This document shows, piece after piece, positions 1-10,472 of a stretch of DNA of 64,000 nucleotides. The notes under the pieces were generated by a model, which worked only from the letters and a program-made list of their open reading frames with translations, was not told where the DNA came from and did no database searches. Source of the stretch: Phycisphaerae bacterium (lineage in GTDB: Bacteria; Planctomycetota; Phycisphaerae; UBA1845); contig CAXXGO010000006.1 of the NCBI GenBank assembly GCA_963666835.2, positions 1,344,001 to 1,408,000 of the forward strand. The letters are read 5' to 3'. Position numbers and translations under genes: made by a program. Within the stretch, counting starts at the first letter, position 1, and every line of letters begins with the position of its first letter.

Positions 1-327
1 CCCGATATACCCGGTTGAAGAACCGGACTCGCCGGGATTACAGATGCCGTTAGGCAGGCTGAAGTTGGCCATGGCCGTGGGTACGTCGTCGGCTGATGGG
101 AGATCGAGAAACGCAGGGTTGGCTTCATCCTGCTCAAGATCCACCAGCAGTGACGCCAACCCGGCGTTGTCTCCTGTCGACACGGCGAAGGAGATGGCCC
201 AGTCGATTGTGGCGCCCGCCGCTACTACCTCGCCGTCACGTGACGAGTCGAGCGTTACGGTAACGGTCTGTTGCGCGCCGGCCGCGACAATAAGCGATGC
301 CACTTCCAGGATTACTAATGCACTCAA
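1..327 (-). CDS. Secreted hypothetical protein, 5' part only (runs off window edge); possibly Ig/cohesin-like
   Basis: Not in ORF track. Read manually from TTG at 327 with AGGAGG RBS upstream: MSALVILEVASLIVAAGAQQTVTVTLDSSRDGEVVAAGATIDWAISFAVSTGDNAGLASLLVDL... Signal-peptide-like start, frame open to base 1. Confidence 0.75.
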   Translation of the reverse strand, partial: MSALVILEVASLIVAAGAQQTVTVTLDSSRDGEVVAAGATIDWAISFAVSTGDNAGLASLLVDLEQDEANPAFLDLPSADDVPTAMANFSLPNGICNPGESGSSTGYIG

Positions 328-407
328 TATCGACCCTCCTGTATCTTATGCCCGTCAGGCTTCTGACAGCGTTTGCCGCGCTGCCGAGGCCTGCGCCGGG
401 TGCGGTG

Positions 408-2798
408 TTACTGCGCATTTACGTTCGTAACGATACTGTACGTCGTAAACGTGTTGGTTTTGGTTCCGGGAGAATACGTTCCACCTTGGTACAATCCGTC
501 CGTAACAGTGCCGGTTGAGCTACCTGCGCGATACAGATCGTACGACGTACCGGACACCAGGTCCGGTGAAGAAACAACGAGCGAGCGATACATCTTCGAC
601 GGAGCAAAAGTCACGATTTCGCTGCCGCCGGATGTGGTTTCAATATGAGCCAACGTGCCCGCCGACTTCCACTGACTATAGGTGATCTTCACGGAACGCT
701 GCGATGATGACGAACTGGGGGCTTCCGCCATTCCGGCGCTGCCTGCGGCCACGAGGAACCCGCCGCTGATGTTAAACGTCCCGTCATAATCCAGCGCGCC
801 GTTCATGTCGCCGGTTGGACCGTGAACGATGACGGTACCACCGGTCATCACAATGTCGCCGTTCACGTCGATGCCGTCTCCGTCGGCATAGACCGCAATG
901 TAGCCGCCGTTGATGTAGAGAGTATGGTCGCCCGGCGGCGGTGGCGGCGGGCCGCCGGACCCATCGCCTCCGGCACCGTTAATGCCGTCATCGCTCGACG
1001 TCACCCTGATGGTGCCGTCGTTGATGGTGACATCCGCACCTTCGATACCTTCATAGGAGTCCGTAACAATGATCGTACCGCCGTTGATTTCAACCAGCTC
1101 ATCGGCGTGGACCGCGTCATCCCCGGTGGCAATGGTGAGCGTGCCGGTGTTGATGGTTACGTCGGCATTAGAGTGGATGCCGTCGTCGGCGCAATCGAGG
1201 GTGAACGTGCCGCCTCCGATTACAACGCTCACCAGACCCTTGATACCCTTGGCCGACACATCCTCAGGAAGAGTCGCATTGTGTCCGCCGCCCGACGTAA
1301 TGTCGAAGTCGCCGCCGGTGATCAAAACGTCGGTTTCAGCCGCCAGGCCATCGCCGCCGGAGGTGATGCTGAAGGTCCCACCTTCTATCGCGATGTATCC
1401 GAGTTCGGCGTCTTCATCGTTGTCGGATTTCAACGCATCGCCCTCGGCCGTGACGGTGATGTCACCGTCCTGGATCAGCAGGTAGTCCTTACCGCGGATG
1501 CCGTCGTCGGCCGCAATCACGGTAATCGTTCCGCCGGTGATGGTAAGTTCATCCTTGCTGGTGATTGCGTCGTTGTAGTTGCCGTGCACGGTCAGCGATC
1601 CGGAACCCGAAATCAGCATCGTGTCCTTACTGAACAGAGCCGCATTGGGCTCGTCTTCCTCCGGATCCTCGTACACGTACGTAGTGGCGTCGTACAGGTA
1701 GTTGTTGGTCTGATCGGGTAGGATAACCTCTACATCGCCGGCGTTCATTACGTAGATGGGCGCGTTGGTGGAGTTGGTGATATTAACTCCGTTCAGAACC
1801 ATTTCAACGAATCCGCCGGACGCAGCGTTCACGACGATTTGGCCATCGCTCAGCGTGCCGGTGATGTTGTACGTGCCGTAAGATGTGATCGTAGCAGTCG
1901 TACCGTCAACGGTTACGCCGCTTCCCTCGACGGTTATCGAGCTGCCGTTCAGAATGATGTTCGCGCCCCCGGGCGTTTCTCCTGAGTCGTGTCCGCACGA
2001 GGGATCGGCCGGTTCACCGGCACCGCTTACACACACCTGGAACACCGCGACATAGTCGGACATGTCCAAATCGCCATCTTCGTCGTAATCAACAGCGAGG
2101 AAGCCCTCGGCATCCGGCGTCAGGGTACAACCGGCCGGAAGCGGATCGTACGACACGTCCGGTCCGGTTATGCACGCGTTGAACACCGCGAAGTCATCAA
2201 GATCCACATCGCCATCTTCGTCGAGATCGCTCGCGGCATAACCAACGATGCGCCCCGGACTGGCAATATCGCCCCCGGCAGACATCCACGAACCGAACGA
2301 ATCTCCAACGGTGGCCAGGGTCCAGTCCGTCTGCGCGACCGTATCGCCGTAGTCGGTATCCGGCACGTTACAGCTTGCATTCTGAGTTCGGGGAGTCCCG
2401 GGATAGGTCTCGTCGCCGAATGCCAGTTGGTCGATCAGGGTATCGCCGGCATCATAGAGGTTGATCTGATCGTCACGACCGAGATTAGCCGCCAGCTCGC
2501 CGATGATGTCGACTCCCGTAAGGCCCCAGGCCGTGGCAAAGTCCGCCGCGACCGCCTCCGTCAGAATAACCGACTCCCCGGAATTAACCACGCCGAAAGC
2601 GCTTAAGTCCACGGTTCCGGGAATCTGGCTACTATCGTCGAAGCTCCAACCGGACATATCCACTGACGCGGGCCCGGTATTCGTGAATTCGATGAACTCG
2701 CCGTTCGTACCGCTGTACATCCACTCGGATATCACTATGTCGCCGGACGCCGCCAAGGTAAGCGACATGACAACACCAATCGCGATCAGATGCCTCAT
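408..2798 (-). CDS. Secreted protein: lamin-tail domain, dockerin-like EF-hand pair, and Cthe_2159/DUF4353-type beta-helix carbohydrate-binding domain
   Basis: Signal peptide; IVISEWMY..NGEFIEFTN (LTD); DLDEDGDVDLDDF and DYDEDGDLDMSDY; repeated GGTITV.A.DDGI, EGIEG and DGIDVNG motifs. Confidence 0.85.
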   Translation of the reverse strand: MRHLIAIGVVMSLTLAASGDIVISEWMYSGTNGEFIEFTNTGPASVDMSGWSFDDSSQIPGTVDLSAFGVVNSGESVILTEAVAADFATAWGLTGVDIIGELAANLGRDDQINLYDAGDTLIDQLAFGDETYPGTPRTQNASCNVPDTDYGDTVAQTDWTLATVGDSFGSWMSAGGDIASPGRIVGYAASDLDEDGDVDLDDFAVFNACITGPDVSYDPLPAGCTLTPDAEGFLAVDYDEDGDLDMSDYVAVFQVCVSGAGEPADPSCGHDSGETPGGANIILNGSSITVEGSGVTVDGTTATITSYGTYNITGTLSDGQIVVNAASGGFVEMVLNGVNITNSTNAPIYVMNAGDVEVILPDQTNNYLYDATTYVYEDPEEDEPNAALFSKDTMLISGSGSLTVHGNYNDAITSKDELTITGGTITVIAADDGIRGKDYLLIQDGDITVTAEGDALKSDNDEDAELGYIAIEGGTFSITSGGDGLAAETDVLITGGDFDITSGGGHNATLPEDVSAKGIKGLVSVVIGGGTFTLDCADDGIHSNADVTINTGTLTIATGDDAVHADELVEINGGTIIVTDSYEGIEGADVTINDGTIRVTSSDDGINGAGGDGSGGPPPPPPGDHTLYINGGYIAVYADGDGIDVNGDIVMTGGTVIVHGPTGDMNGALDYDGTFNISGGFLVAAGSAGMAEAPSSSSSQRSVKITYSQWKSAGTLAHIETTSGGSEIVTFAPSKMYRSLVVSSPDLVSGTSYDLYRAGSSTGTVTDGLYQGGTYSPGTKTNTFTTYSIVTNVNAQ

Positions 2799-2915
2799 AA
2801 CTCCCCTCTCTCTTTCTACACACGCTTGGAATACACCCGGAGCCCTTCCAGGTGACTCCCCGTTCCCCTCTCCGCAATCCCGCGTGCCTTTGCCGCGCGG
2901 ATCAAGCGTCCCTCA

Positions 2916-5654
2916 TTACGATGCCGACCGGTGGCGGAGGCCGAAGCACAGCTTTCCAACCGTCAGCAGCAATAGCGCCAAAACCGCCAAGCCCCATTCA
3001 GATACGGTGGGAATCGCGCTTACGCATTCGGGTCCGAACACCGCATCATCCACCCCGGGGCAGAAATCACAAAGATCTACAACACCGTCGCCGTCCGAAT
3101 CGTCTCCGCACGCAACGGCCATTCCGTTGAACACCCCGCCGAGGCTCTCACAGGTTGCCGCCAGGACATCGTCGCGGCAGCTCTGATTCTCGAGACAACA
3201 CGCCCCACAGAGCTCGTTATCGAAGTGCGTACAGTAGACGTTCTCACCATCACACACATCGCTCGTACACTCGTTGCCATCGTCGCTGCAGGGCGTTCCC
3301 GAGGACATCGTACTGTCATCCGGGCAGACGCCGTCGGACCCGCTGCAGAACTCGGCCGGGTCGCACTCGCCGGCCGATGCACGACACTCCGTCGTGTTCG
3401 GCTCAACGACGTCGGCCGGGCAGTCGACGGATACGCCGTCGCAGAACTCGGTTATATCGCAATCACCCACTGCGGCCCGACACTCGGTTGTATCCGGCTC
3501 CACCACGTCGGCGGGGCAGTCAACGGAGGCGCCATCACAGAACTCGGCTACGTCGCAATCACCCGGCGCGGCCCGACACTCCGTGGTGCTGGGCTCCATC
3601 TCGTCGGCGGGGCAATCGGCGGATGCACCGTCGCAGGCTTCGGCTACGTCGCAATCGCCCACTGCCGCCCGACACTCCGTGCCGGCAGCCACAAACACAC
3701 AGACAGCGGTGCAACAGTCGCCCCCGTCGCAATCTTCGCCCGGGTCGACCCGACCGTTGCCGCAGATCTCGCAAGCGACGAGATTGAACGTGCCGGGGTT
3801 GCCGAAATCGCCGCTCGCCGACGCAAAGCAGTTTTGCAGATCGCCGGGGTACGACAGGAACCAGTCGGCGATCGCGTTGTTGCCGGCCGCATCCTCACAT
3901 GGCCAACCGCTGGCGTCCTTAGTGCGGATGGTGCCGGGGAAGTCCTCGTCACCGTACGTGAGGCGATCGATGAGAATACCCGAACTATCGTAGAGGTTGA
4001 TCTCATCGTTGCGTCCGAGGCCCGCGCTCGAACCACCGATGATCTTCACCCCCGTAAGACCCCAATCAGCTTCGAAGGCGGCGGCGTCACCGTCGGTCAG
4101 AATGACGGACTCACCAGCGGCGACTATCCCAAACGCACTGAGATCAACCGTGCCCGGAGTATCACTGTCATCATCATAGCTCCAGCCGGTCAGGTCGACG
4201 GGATTGCTGTCCAGGTTCGTGAATTCAACAAACTCATCGCCGTTTCCGCTGTACAGATACTCGGTGATCCGGATGTTCCCGTCGGCCGGAGCGGGGCACG
4301 TGAAAGTGCTGCAATCCGTGGAATCACCCTGATAGAACTTCTCGGCCATAAGGCACGCCGTCGCGGTCACGTCCGTGCAGAAGCCAACGTCGTCGCAACA
4401 TGCTCCGGTAGGCGTGGTCGTACAATCGTGGTCGACGTAGATGCCGGGACTGCCCACGTCGCCGTCGCTCGATGTGAAGGAACTCTGCGAGTCTCCCACA
4501 GACGCGTAGAGCCATTCCGCGATGTTGTCGGCCCCAACAGCCGTGTTGCACGGCCATCCGCTCAGCTCATTCGTCCGGATCGTCCCGGGGTAGTCTTCAT
4601 CACCGTAAGTCAGGCGATCCACCAAGGTTGCCGAGCTGTCATAGACGTTTATCTGGTCGTTTCGCCCTAGTGCAGCGGCACTATTGCCTATGATCTGAAC
4701 GCCGGTCAGCCCCCACGCCGAAGCGAAAGTAGCGGCATCTCCGTCCGTAACGATTACCGACTCCCCAGGGGAGACCGTCCCGAAGGCGCTGAGATCAACC
4801 GTGCCCGCCACGTCGCTGTCATCGTCGAGACTCCATCCAGTCATGTCGATGGGGTTGGCATCAAGGTTGGTAAGCTCGATGAACTCGTCACCTGACCCTT
4901 TGTACATGAACTCCGTGATGCGGATCACGCCCGTTGACGGAGCGGGGCAGGTGGTTGTAGCACAATCAGTACCGTCTCCCTCATAGACCCCACCGATCAG
5001 GACGCAGTCCACCTGAAGCCCCTCAGTGCAGTTTCCGGTCAGACAACAGGCGCCTTCCGATGGCGCTCCGCAACTGACTTCCGTGAGGCTACCCGGACTT
5101 CCAAGATCGCCGCTCGCGGAGAAGTAGGACGCTTGCGCATCCGCATCAGCCGAGAGGTTCCACTGATAGATGTTGTTCAGACCAAGCGACTCTGAGCAGG
5201 GCCACGCACTGGCGTCGTTCGTGCGTTCGGAACCGGGGAAGTCCTCGTCCCCGTATGTCAGACGATCGACCAGCGCATCCGTGTCATCATACAGGTTGAT
5301 CTCGTCGTTCCTGCCGAGACCCGCGGAAGAGCGCGCAATCACGTCGACGGCAGCGCCGAGGCTCCAATCGGCTACGAACGTCGCGGCATCGTCGGCGTCC
5401 GTCAGAATGACCGACTCACCCGGATCGAGCACCCCGAAGGCGCTTAGGTCCACCGTCCCAGGCACGCGGCTGTTATCGTCGAAACTCCACCCGGCCATGT
5501 CCACCTGGGTCGCGCCGGTGTTCGTAAACTCGACGAACTCCGCACCGTTGCCCGAGTACATGTACTCCGTGATACGAACCTGTCCCTGTGCGGCCGTCGC
5601 TACACCGAACCACACTGCCGTCACGGCCACCATCACCTTTGTGCTATGCGACAT
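2916..5654 (-). CDS. Secreted protein: three lamin-tail domains, GACC Cys-rich linkers, disintegrin-like Cys repeats, IPTL-CTERM sorting signal
   Basis: Three RITE(Y/F)xY...EF(V/I)E.TN units; repeated TECRAAxGDCDxAExCDG..xDCPAD; C-terminal IPTVSEWGLAVLALLLL followed by a basic tail. Confidence 0.88.
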   Translation of the reverse strand: MSHSTKVMVAVTAVWFGVATAAQGQVRITEYMYSGNGAEFVEFTNTGATQVDMAGWSFDDNSRVPGTVDLSAFGVLDPGESVILTDADDAATFVADWSLGAAVDVIARSSAGLGRNDEINLYDDTDALVDRLTYGDEDFPGSERTNDASAWPCSESLGLNNIYQWNLSADADAQASYFSASGDLGSPGSLTEVSCGAPSEGACCLTGNCTEGLQVDCVLIGGVYEGDGTDCATTTCPAPSTGVIRITEFMYKGSGDEFIELTNLDANPIDMTGWSLDDDSDVAGTVDLSAFGTVSPGESVIVTDGDAATFASAWGLTGVQIIGNSAAALGRNDQINVYDSSATLVDRLTYGDEDYPGTIRTNELSGWPCNTAVGADNIAEWLYASVGDSQSSFTSSDGDVGSPGIYVDHDCTTTPTGACCDDVGFCTDVTATACLMAEKFYQGDSTDCSTFTCPAPADGNIRITEYLYSGNGDEFVEFTNLDSNPVDLTGWSYDDDSDTPGTVDLSAFGIVAAGESVILTDGDAAAFEADWGLTGVKIIGGSSAGLGRNDEINLYDSSGILIDRLTYGDEDFPGTIRTKDASGWPCEDAAGNNAIADWFLSYPGDLQNCFASASGDFGNPGTFNLVACEICGNGRVDPGEDCDGGDCCTAVCVFVAAGTECRAAVGDCDVAEACDGASADCPADEMEPSTTECRAAPGDCDVAEFCDGASVDCPADVVEPDTTECRAAVGDCDITEFCDGVSVDCPADVVEPNTTECRASAGECDPAEFCSGSDGVCPDDSTMSSGTPCSDDGNECTSDVCDGENVYCTHFDNELCGACCLENQSCRDDVLAATCESLGGVFNGMAVACGDDSDGDGVVDLCDFCPGVDDAVFGPECVSAIPTVSEWGLAVLALLLLTVGKLCFGLRHRSAS

Positions 5655-6127
5655 GCTTCTATCCTCTCCGCATGTACCTCGTAACTTCCGTGGACCTGTA
5701 TGGAGTGCAGTTACACACTTTCCCCTGTTCGAACGTCCGGCCGGAGGTCTCCCCGACCGTTGCCCCGGCGTAATATGACAGCGCTAGGCTAGGATGCGAC
5801 TACCTCCAGCACCGTCGAAACAGTCGGTGATCGACGGAGCGAGATTGCCCAGAGTGTCAGGATCCACCGACCTGGCGCTGTCATGCCAGCCCGCCTGGAC
5901 AATCGTCCAACCAAACATCATAGGGTTCATGTTAACCACCAGACCTCGAAGGACCGTGTGAGATTACGCAAAGTCCTGCAAAGATCCCTTTGCGCTTCTT
6001 TGCGCTTCTGGAGTTGCGAGCATCGCGACCGCAGCGACAACGCTCTGCGAGCACGCGATACAACAGGCCGAGCGGGGAATCACCATCCTAGCGTTATCGG
6101 GCGGTCAACTGGTTGCTCACCACCGAA

Positions 6128-6613
6128 TCACCCTTCGAATGCGCGCCGGCCGCGCTGCTGAGCGGTTGTCTCACTGATTCGATCCAGCCACCCGGAGCGG
6201 GCGTCGTCGCGGGTATCAAAACGGACTATGTACGGCTTGATGTCCAGCAGCGGTGTGTTGTCGAGGATGTCCACGTCTTCGATGTGCAGCGCGCAGCCCT
6301 CGCGGCGGACCAATCGCACCAGGCTCAAGCCGATCGGATTGGGGCGGGACGGTGCCCGCGTCGCAAAAACGCCGCGCGGCACATCCTCCAGAAACGGCTT
6401 CACCGTCAGTCTTACGGCGTCGGTACGGTCGAACAGGTAAAAAAGCCAGATATGCGAAAAGCCGTCCAGGTCCGCCAGTCCTTCCTCATACGCTGCGTCG
6501 ACCTCGACCTTGCCCGGAATTCCCGTTGCGAAGGACGGCTGAATGGGGGTGTGCTCGGACGCCGTGTGCGGACTGCGAATGATCCCGATCGGACGCAGGG
6601 AGATTTCGTTCAC
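6128..6613 (-). CDS. tsaA: tRNA m6t6A37 methyltransferase TrmO/TsaA family
   Basis: Motifs PIGIIRSP, GLADLDGFSHIWL, GVFATRAPSRPNPIGLS, DILDNTPLLDIKPY. Confidence 0.92.
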   Translation of the reverse strand: MNEISLRPIGIIRSPHTASEHTPIQPSFATGIPGKVEVDAAYEEGLADLDGFSHIWLFYLFDRTDAVRLTVKPFLEDVPRGVFATRAPSRPNPIGLSLVRLVRREGCALHIEDVDILDNTPLLDIKPYIVRFDTRDDARSGWLDRISETTAQQRGRRAFEG

Positions 6614-6932
6614 TTGGACACCTCAGGCATTAACGCAATCAACCGGCCACCATGTCCGCACGTCACCAGTTCCGGGCACGGATGCTCGGGGACAATCTCA
6701 CCCGGAACAAGGTGATGCAGCGGGCGTTGCGCTTGGTATATGACCTTATCGTCCGTCTCACGGCTATTCGAGTGCCTCCCCGTGCAAGATGCTCGATGCA
6801 TCGTTGGCCGGGATCGCTCCGTATCCTATACAGCGTGACAGCGGACGACTTACGCCTTGACGCTGGTTCTGTCAACCATCGGTTTCCAGCGTAACCGCGC
6901 CGTGAAGTGCGCCGTGCTTCACTCCACCACCG

Positions 6933-7901
6933 TCATCGGACCGTTGTCGCATGCCGCCGGACGAACGCGAGCGTTCCGGCCACCAGCACCAACAGTGACA
7001 TCACGATCATGCCCCACGTGGACACCGTCGGGACCGACTCGCCGCCGCTATACGAGATCTCCAGGTGCGGCTTCTGGGCCGGATTGCATGGAATCGTCTG
7101 GTCCTCGCACTCCTTGCTACGGAACTGATACACCGTGCTCCCGACGTCCGTCATGCCGGGGCCACCCTGCAGCTCATCGTTCAATCTGATCAAGAAGCCG
7201 TGATTGTCGTCTCCGTCGATCCAGGCCTGAACCTGTTCCGCAACGTCAAACTCGATCCACTCGCCCGGAAAGGACTCCCAGTCCGACTCCTGGCCGCCGG
7301 GAAAGGTCCAGTCGAGCGTATCACTGGCGATCCGCACGAGCTCGTCGTAATCCCCGCCGCCTCCGGCACTACCGTCGGGGCCGCTATAGTAAGGCGACGC
7401 GGCGTTCCATACATCGATGGAATTCCATTCGCCCTCTGTAGGATCCCCCGGATTCTCGGGATCATCAGAGTATCGCCAGTTGCTGCTACCCTCTGCCCAG
7501 GCATTGATCATTCTGTAAACGTCAACCGTTTGCGGGGTCTGAGGAGGAATCCAATGGCCGGTATGCCAGTAGATGCGCAATGCCGCTCCCTCAATGGTCG
7601 CGCCGCTCAACTCGGAAAGATCGAACCGCAGAGCCGCTCGGAAAGCCCGCGGGCCATACCCCCAGCCCCTCAGCCTCAGTTCCTGGTATGCCCCGGTAGG
7701 TCCGGTGCCGTTCTTCTGGCTCCAGCCACCCGGGCACGAACTCAGCCAGGTATCTGCCTCTGGTTCAAGCGTGACAGTCTCCGCCGTTGCTAAAGGTACG
7801 AATGCGCTTGCGAAAAGAACGATCGCGGCGTAAGCCCAGTGGAGCCTTGCCGGCGACTGTCGACGACACGCCCTCTTAACATGGTTCTGAATACGTTGCA
7901 T
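6933..7901 (-). CDS. Secreted DNRLRE-domain protein with IPTL-CTERM
   Basis: ADTWL, LRFDLS, A.LRIY, WAEGSSNW, FDVAEQVQAWI, FRSKE, PHLEI; C-terminal VPTVSTWGMIVMSLLVL plus RR. Confidence 0.82.
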   Translation of the reverse strand: MQRIQNHVKRACRRQSPARLHWAYAAIVLFASAFVPLATAETVTLEPEADTWLSSCPGGWSQKNGTGPTGAYQELRLRGWGYGPRAFRAALRFDLSELSGATIEGAALRIYWHTGHWIPPQTPQTVDVYRMINAWAEGSSNWRYSDDPENPGDPTEGEWNSIDVWNAASPYYSGPDGSAGGGGDYDELVRIASDTLDWTFPGGQESDWESFPGEWIEFDVAEQVQAWIDGDDNHGFLIRLNDELQGGPGMTDVGSTVYQFRSKECEDQTIPCNPAQKPHLEISYSGGESVPTVSTWGMIVMSLLVLVAGTLAFVRRHATTVR

Positions 7902-8057
7902 AACTACGCTTTCTTCTCAGTTGGTGCAATGATTGCTCTCTATTGCACATTAAGTCATTGTCCACGCGTCCGGGCCGCCGTCGCCCCGGCCCCTATCAGA
8001 TCCCCTCCGAAAAGCTCCCGTTCGCCGTGCCTATCACCGGCACCCGGCGTTTACGGT

Positions 8058-9260
8058 CTATTCACAACCGGCAGCTTTCGCGCCAAGCGCAGTCTCGAAC
8101 GCTACGAAATCTCTCAGATCCACATCGCCGTCATAGTCGCCGTCGAACGCTCCCAGGCACATGCTGTCGCAGGCTGCGAGCGGCGGCACGGGCGGCCCCT
8201 CCGGTCCGCCCATGCACTCGGCAAACCCGCGGTAGTCCGTCAAACCGACACCACCCGAGCCGCCGAAGTCCGGACCATCGATTTGCTCGCAGTCATCGGG
8301 AATCCGATTGGCGTTACAGTCCGGATTTTCACCGCATCCCGGAACATCACACATTCCGCCTGTCGAACCACACTCAATCTCACATTCATCCGGAATGCTG
8401 TTGGCGTTGCAGTCATAGAAAGTCACTTCGAGATACGGCTTCTCGTTCTCAAAACAACCCACCCCCTCCATAGTGCAGTCTTTGCTATAGAACTGATACA
8501 CGGTCGACCCACCACCGTCGGGCTCACTACGTAGCTTCAGCAGAAGACCATAAGCCTCCTCGCCACCGACCCACGCCTGGACCTGCTCGGTAACGTCGAA
8601 CTCGAGCCACTCGCCCGGAAAACTCAACCAAGCCGCCTCCGAACCGTCTGCAACCCACTCGAGAACGTCGCTGGCAACAACCACCGAAGAGTAGTCGCCA
8701 CCCCCGCCGGCCGCTCCTGCCGGCCCGCTCAAATATGGCGTCCAATCATCCCAGGACTCGACCGAATCCCACTCCACGGGATCGTCGCGGTACCGCCAGT
8801 TGCTGTTTCCCTCCACCCACGGCGTGGTCACCGCATGGACATCCACGGTCTTCTGTATGGTCGGCGTGGCCCAGTGGCCTGCATACCAGTGAATCCGCAT
8901 GGTGGCGCTCGCGATTCTCACCCCCGGCGCAAGCGTAGACAGATCAAAGCGAAGCGCCGACCGAAAGACCCGCGGGCCATAGTCCCAAGCCCGCAAGGCC
9001 AGTTCCTCGCTGTGTTCATCATCCGTGGGACAACCGTACTTTCCGTTCCATCCCGTTGGGCAGGAGTTGAACCATGTATCCGCCGCGGGAGCATACTCGA
9101 CATGCACAACCTGTCCTTCAACCGACTGCGCCACCCACAACGTCGTGGCAACCGCAAGTGCCGCGTGAATACCCCAGCATCGTATACGGCTCCGAATCGC
9201 CGTTGCACTGAAAAGCCACTCACAAACAATCATGAGCTTCACTTTCTTATGTATGTACAA
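8058..9260 (-). CDS. Secreted DNRLRE-domain protein with DCNxNxIPDxC repeats and C-terminal dockerin-like domain
   Basis: Close paralogue of 6933..7901 (shared GPR.FR.ALRFDLS, SGP.G.AGGGGDY, FPGEW.EFDV); ends FDGDYDGDVDLRDFVAF. Confidence 0.82.
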   Translation of the reverse strand: MYIHKKVKLMIVCEWLFSATAIRSRIRCWGIHAALAVATTLWVAQSVEGQVVHVEYAPAADTWFNSCPTGWNGKYGCPTDDEHSEELALRAWDYGPRVFRSALRFDLSTLAPGVRIASATMRIHWYAGHWATPTIQKTVDVHAVTTPWVEGNSNWRYRDDPVEWDSVESWDDWTPYLSGPAGAAGGGGDYSSVVVASDVLEWVADGSEAAWLSFPGEWLEFDVTEQVQAWVGGEEAYGLLLKLRSEPDGGGSTVYQFYSKDCTMEGVGCFENEKPYLEVTFYDCNANSIPDECEIECGSTGGMCDVPGCGENPDCNANRIPDDCEQIDGPDFGGSGGVGLTDYRGFAECMGGPEGPPVPPLAACDSMCLGAFDGDYDGDVDLRDFVAFETALGAKAAGCE

Positions 9261-9272
9261 AGTTCTGTGTTC

Positions 9273-10409
9273 CTACTGAATCGCCCACCAGCCGGATGCG
9301 TCTCGTTGGCGGTGCCGAATGGCGTCCAACGCGAGTGGCTTAGCATGGGGAACAACGTCGAGCGCCCAGGGCGACGAATCAACGGGAGCCGAGCCGTCGA
9401 ACTCCGATTCCCGAACCTCCGTTCGGCTGGGATACCATAGATCGACGGTTTCAATCGCCTTACGCTTTGTCATCATCTCCACGTGACCGTCGAACAAAGC
9501 CGCGTTGATCGCCGGCTCACTGTTGAGCCGATGCCGATAGACGGACTCATCTCCTCTCGGAACGGTATCCGGTTCGGCGGCGCCGATGGCATTAACGTAC
9601 GCGGCCGAGTGGCTGCTGCACGGCCCAGCCGCCGAAAACGTACCCCCATCCGCTGCATAGTAGATGATGTCGGACGTATGTCCGTGACGATCTACCGAGC
9701 GCACCCCTTCGGCCAGCAACACTTTCCGGGAAGGCCTCTTGATGGCGGAGAAGGTCGGCTTGTAACCGCATGGTGTTCGAGCGGAATCGCCGAAGTAGGT
9801 GGGATAATAGACGGCATTGTGTCGGTACAGCTCACCGTAGTCGGCATTCGTAGACTGCCAGCCGAAGTACATGAAGCTACGGATCGTACAATAGCTGTTG
9901 GCCGGCACGGGGCCGTCCCATCCCCACCGGTCGGCCGCGCAGTTGGGGTGAAAGGTCTCGACAACGGCGTCGTTGCTGGGGCAGCGGAAGATACGCTCGC
10001 GTAACCGGGCCATTCGCTCCGCGCGATCCGTCGGCAGGTCCGCTTGCCCCATACCGTAAACCGCAACCGGACCCGCCCAATCCCAGGATTGGGTGATAGC
10101 TTCGGCGGGCACGGTCTTATCTGCGGGGCTGTAACCCGGTATCAAGAATGCGAGAGGCGCTCCCGAGCCGCCCGGAGCGCCGGGGATCCAATCATCGAAC
10201 TGAGTGGCGTAGTTCACCATACCAGTACAGAGATCGTGAAGGTGCGCGGCGCAAACGACTGCCTTCGCTCTCGCACGCGCGGTTCGCAGAGTCGGTAAGA
10301 GAATCGCGAATATCAGAGCGATGATCCCAATTACCACCAGCAATTCGATAAGCGTGAACGCCGAAGCCGAACGTTCCCGACGTTTGCACCTCTTCTTATC
10401 CGCATACAT
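9273..10409 (-). CDS. Prepilin-type N-terminal cleavage/methylation protein (planctomycete DUF1559-like, H-X9-DG-type C-terminal motif)
   Basis: AFTLIELLVVIGIIALIFAILLP, FRCPS, RH...NAALFDGHV. Confidence 0.9.
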   Translation of the reverse strand: MYADKKRCKRRERSASAFTLIELLVVIGIIALIFAILLPTLRTARARAKAVVCAAHLHDLCTGMVNYATQFDDWIPGAPGGSGAPLAFLIPGYSPADKTVPAEAITQSWDWAGPVAVYGMGQADLPTDRAERMARLRERIFRCPSNDAVVETFHPNCAADRWGWDGPVPANSYCTIRSFMYFGWQSTNADYGELYRHNAVYYPTYFGDSARTPCGYKPTFSAIKRPSRKVLLAEGVRSVDRHGHTSDIIYYAADGGTFSAAGPCSSHSAAYVNAIGAAEPDTVPRGDESVYRHRLNSEPAINAALFDGHVEMMTKRKAIETVDLWYPSRTEVRESEFDGSAPVDSSPWALDVVPHAKPLALDAIRHRQRDASGWWAIQ

Positions 10410-10472
10410 GTGGTTGCTCCGTGGAATACCGGACTCCGGGGCACCCTCCCCAGTTGCGTTACGCGTCGGGCG

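Noticed and set aside
822..4670. Long plus-strand ORFs (822..1721, 3225..4670 and others)
   Set aside because: Antisense shadows of well-supported minus-strand genes in GC-rich DNA; no recognisable motifs.
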